Assembly (NCBI GenBank): GCA_964252035.1
Contig: OZ176215.1
Direction: 5' to 3' (one strand)
From: Podarcis erhardii
Taxonomy: Eukaryota
Length of the DNA stretch: 64,000 nucleotides
In this document: positions 60,864-64,000 of the stretch, one piece after another
How the letters are laid out: each line of letters opens with the position of its first letter
Position numbering within the stretch: the first letter of the stretch is position 1
Program-made: the position numbers and the translations under genes
Notes under the pieces: generated by a model
What the model saw: only the letters and a program-made list of their open reading frames with translations
Databases searched by the model: none
Told to the model about the DNA's origin: nothing

Positions 60864-63842
60864 GCACCAACAGTTGGCGTACAGGCAGAGGGAGCGGCAG
60901 GAAACCATGCGGGCGCTTTGGCATTGGTCCATGTCCCTGCAGGGCAAGGTCAGTCTTGGCAGGCAAGAGAGGAGGTGCATTCACGTGGTCCTGTCTGGAG
61001 GGAGCAGCTCTGCTTGCAAGCAGACTGCCTTCTCTTTCTCCCTTTGCTGGATAGCAAAGCCAGGATGTAAAGAATCACACAGCTCGTTCCATGCGTGGGA
61101 GTGGGAGGGAGCTTTCTGCAGTTTGGTTAAGTACATATTACCAAGGAAAGAGGAGGAGGAGGGTGGAGACACAGGATGCTCTGTTTCCAGCTGCAGCTGT
61201 GCATCTCCCAGCAGCCGTGGAGGGCAGTGCCATCTCTGTTACTAGCAGCACTGCATCGAAGGGCCTTCCACCTCTGGGCAGGGCTGGGGAGCTGCTTCAG
61301 CCTAGGGCATCATATCTTGAGAAGGAGCACAGCAGTTGCAGTTAATATATGTATTTCCATTACATATGTCAGACATAAAAATGTTTTCAAGAATGTAGGG
61401 ACGATCAATCTCTCACTTGTGGATGTTTTTGCACCACCTCCCACACTGCTGACAGTTTTGGATCTATACTTGAAATTCTGAGAGCTTAAAAAAGAAAAAG
61501 AAAAGCACTGGCATGTGTATTTGAGTTCCTTGAACCTGTTTCTCTGGAGGGAATTTTTGCTGGTTCCTTTGTCGCTGATGAATACGAGAGGCTGTGCGGC
61601 CACTGCCACCTATGTGTCTTGCCTGCAGGTGTTTGATGCTTGGCTGGCATTTGTCCTGGAGCAGCAGCGCAAGAAAGGTCGGATCGAAAGGGCTGTGGAG
61701 ATTTACCGGGCTGATTTGCTGCGTGAGGGTGTGACCCGCATCCTGAGGTACACGGCTGGCATGAAGGAATGCCGAGGGAACTTGCAGGCCCAGCATCAGG
61801 TGAAGGTAAAAGAACGGGACCCATCTTGTGGCTCCCTCTCATTTCACATCTATACAACTTTACCATCATTACCCATTTTATTTTGTAACAGGTTGATAAC
61901 TGCTTCATACACAGTGGTTTCTTTTTTGCATGTTAGATGGATCGGATCCACAATGATGACTAACAATTATTTGCTCTATTACCTGCCGTTCGCCCCAGGG
62001 TCTCAGGACATGTCACAATAATTTAAAATACAATGTTAAAAACAGTTTTAAACAAATTTCAATTGCCAGAATAGGGGGTGTTCTGAAAATATTTGCTTGT
62101 TGCCTGTGTTGGCTTGTCCTCTCTGTACGTAAGCAGGAAGCACAGATCCCTTATGGGGTTCCACCCCACAGCAACAGATAGAAGCACACGCCACCCTCTC
62201 ACAGGTACTCCTGGGACAAGTATAGGCACAGTATGTCCTGTCAGGTCCACTGCCCAGCTTCTCCCTCTAGGGGGCACTACAGAGCCAGAGAGCGACATCT
62301 TCACAGGTGTGCCTGGCCCACACCTTGCCCCACTCTTCCTTTGGCTCTGTTCTTAATCTTTTTCGACATGCTATGTTGGATTGAAGCATTTGGGAGAGAC
62401 TGCTGCTCCTCCAGATTCAAAACTGGAGACTTTCCTCCTGACTACGGAGGAGCTCCTTATACAACTGTCCTCCACCCCTCAAGACCAGACTTCCCCAGCC
62501 TGGTGCCCTCCAGTTATTCTGGACTATAACTTCCATCAGCCCCGGCATCATATGGCTCTCTGAGTAGGGACCGATGAGATTTGTAGTCCAAAACATCTGG
62601 AAGGACACCAGATTGGTGAAGGCTCCCCAAGAAGTACAGAAATTAACAAGTTCCTTCTCTCCATTTTCCCTGCCCAGCCCCTCCTTACAGCAGACTGAAG
62701 GGCACACGCAGCCCTCGCTTTTGCAGCACCACCAACCTGCCATGTGCTTCTTCCTTGCACTCACAGATCGCCTGCCACCGTCACCAGGCTGTCTACCGGT
62801 GTGCCATGCTCTGGAAACTAAAGGCCCTCTGCCAGAAACCCAGCCTGTCCATTCCGGGGGCCCCTCTCAAGAAGCGAGTGACATTCCAAGTGCCAGTGCC
62901 TGCTGCAATCTCAAGAGCCGATGGAGATCTTGGAAGGAGAACGAGCCTTCGTTCCACAGCAAGGACTGCACAGAGCGACCACCAGGCCCACATTTTCCAG
63001 GCTTCTGGAGATTCCATCCTGACTGATCTGTGAGTAAGAGGCAAAGCTGCAACCTCCTTGAGCCAGCAAACGGTGAATTTAATTGCACAGTCGCCTCCCT
63101 CATTTTGAAAGCCACTGCAAATGCACAGAGGAAGGCTTCTTTTAATTTTAAAGTGTGGGGAAAGAATGAGTTGCAGCTAGCAAAAGGACTCAGCAGCAGA
63201 TGGTTAGACTCTCTTCTCCAGATCTCATTCTCTCTCTCTGTTCCATGCAGGGAAGGTGTCATGCACAGGAAACTTTTTATGAAAATTTGGGGATTCTCCT
63301 GGGCCTTCTCCTATCCCTAAGGCTTTATTTGCCCATCTCCCTGGCAGTCATTTGCTGTTGTAATAATATTAAAAATCCTCTTGAAATTGACTAATCTAAC
63401 CAATCTTTATTACTAGCCAAAGGGCAGGCAAAGAAGGCTTGTGCCCCTTAGGATTATTGAGTGGCATGAAGTACTGGAATCATTACTCAGTTCTCAATAG
63501 CAAGCCTCGGAGTAACTGCGCTGGCTCTTTGGTTTTGTTTAAACTTGTAAGGCTGTAAGTGATAGGTGCAGTTGCTTGTGTAAATCCACCTGTCAACCTG
63601 CTTTTCTTAAAGAAGTAGTAGTGCTGAGAACATGCTTGTAGGCACTCCTGTGCATAATTATCAGTGTGTAAAAGGTATGTATGTACCTCAGTGTTCCCTA
63701 ATTCTAAAAAGGCCTCTAACCCTCCCTCCTATCCTCCCCACAGGCAGGCGGCCCGCCAAGGCAGGTTACAGCCCCGTAGACCTGACTTTCTACTGCAATC
63801 TCTGGAGAGAACAGAGCTGCCTGGTCCTGACTTGATGAATGG
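40006..63842 (+). CDS. SFI1: SFI1 centrin-binding centrosomal protein, 27 coding exons (about 1004 codons), 3' end beyond the window
   Basis: Exons 40006-40028, 42530-42682, 43226-43297, 43956-44066, 45218-45312, 46982-47099, 48175-48277, 48756-48912, 50149-50310, 50845-50915, 51511-51603, 52352-52449, 53627-53693, 54496-54626, 54726-54807, 55452-55630, 57226-57301, 58174-58269, 58873-58949, 59107-59209, 59380-59476, 60152-60312, 60442-60516, 60874-60948, 61629-61805, 62767-63029, 63744-63842, with consistent phases and no stops. Peptides include [50 protein letters not shown], many A..H...LL...F..WK Sfi1 repeats, and QPRRPDFLL. The start codon is less certain than the body. Confidence 0.93.
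40263..40491. mobile_element. Tc1/mariner MITE, intact
   Basis: TA-CAGTGGTACCTCGGGTTA...TTAACCCGAGGTACCACTG-TA. Confidence 0.92.
42100..42232 (+). mobile_element. CR1-like 3' end
   Basis: ggcatctggttggctactgtgagaaaaggatgctggact...gatccagc...cttatgttc. Confidence 0.6.
47440..47633 (-). mobile_element. Squam3/MIR-like SINE
   Basis: cacaacaaccttgtgaggtagg...caaggtcac...cccagtgagcttcatg...tttgaacc...ctctaaccaccataccacactgg is the reverse complement of the 7841 family. Another fragment lies at about 40495-40610. Confidence 0.7.
50311..50844 (+). other. U12-type (minor spliceosome) GT-AG intron in SFI1
   Basis: 5' end GTATCCAT; U12 branch site TTCCTTAAC at 50825-50833, ending 11 nt before the intron's last base; no polypyrimidine tract. 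The reading frame is preserved across the junction (T|AT). Confidence 0.8.
52905..53146. mobile_element. Tc1/mariner MITE, intact
   Basis: CAGTGGTACCTCGGGTTAAG...TAACCCGAGGTGCCACTG-TA; the same family as 40263 in the opposite orientation. Confidence 0.9.
53853..53887. repeat. (TTCC)n/(TTTC)n pyrimidine microsatellite
   Basis: Direct reading. Confidence 0.8.
55644..55824 (+). mobile_element. 5'-truncated Sauria SINE
   Basis: Matches the 3' half of the 22771 copy and has the (ACCTTT)n tail. 12-bp TSD taaggtaacaga at 55632-55643 and 55825-55836. Confidence 0.9.
55870..56237 (+). mobile_element. Putative solo LTR interrupting a CR1-like 3' tail
   Basis: TGTTGG...CCAACA inverted termini, TATATA at 55969-55974 and AATAAA at 56047-56052. 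The flanks rejoin to cataagataagcctggc/gctggatcag...agcatcctgttc, with the CR1-like tail continuing to about 56430. No clean TSD is visible. Confidence 0.55.
56826..57066. mobile_element. Tc1/mariner MITE (second subfamily)
   Basis: TA-CAGTGGTACCTCGGTT...AACCGAGGTACCACTG. Confidence 0.85.
57379..57400. repeat. (TG)11 microsatellite
   Basis: Direct reading. Confidence 0.95.
60831..60862. repeat. (TTTC)8 microsatellite
   Basis: Direct reading; ends 9 nt upstream of the acceptor AG at 60872-60873. Confidence 0.95.
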
Positions 63843-64000
63843 GTAGGGAAGAATGTTCAACTTTCAGACATGACAAATTAATAAATAGAACAAAGACTAC
63901 ATAGGGGCTACTCCCACCAGCCAAGTTCAGGGTCACTTTTACCCAAGACCTCTAATGAAAGGGAAGATCCAGGATGACATTCTCACCACATCTTGGTACT

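Noticed and set aside
1-64000. A novel prokaryote-style system (defence island, CRISPR, operon) or a horizontally acquired gene
   Set aside because: The window is accounted for by three intron-rich vertebrate genes, their promoters and reptile TEs. No intronless ORF with a recognisable foreign or enzymatic domain was found.

Overview
This is eukaryotic genomic DNA from a squamate reptile, probably a lacertid lizard judging by its Sauria-type SINEs, Squam3-like SINEs and dense mariner/hAT MITEs. It carries the conserved vertebrate block DRG1 (+) / EIF4ENIF1 (-) / SFI1 (+), in the same order and orientation I recall for human 22q12. I rebuilt all three gene models by hand from splice sites and reading phase. 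DRG1 has 9 coding exons and 367 aa. EIF4ENIF1 (4E-T) has 18 coding exons and 985 aa, plus a likely non-coding first exon. SFI1 has 27 coding exons (about 1004 codons) and runs off the window end. Most ORFs in the supplied track are exon read-throughs, antisense shadows or TE fragments. I cannot support a wholly new biological system. The strongest leads concern splicing: (1) a U12-type minor intron in SFI1 with a perfect branch point but a non-consensus 5' splice site; (2) candidate unannotated EIF4ENIF1 cassette exons, namely a 27-nt UGC-preceded microexon, a 183-nt stop-ending poison-like exon, a 9-nt microexon and a 444-nt GC-rich open exon; (3) a candidate alternative SFI1 exon resembling its neighbour. 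There are also several readable TE events: a MITE nested in its own family, a SINE whose target duplication copies an SFI1 splice donor, and a solo LTR splitting a CR1 tail. All comparisons to human or mouse proteins are from memory and need alignment checks.
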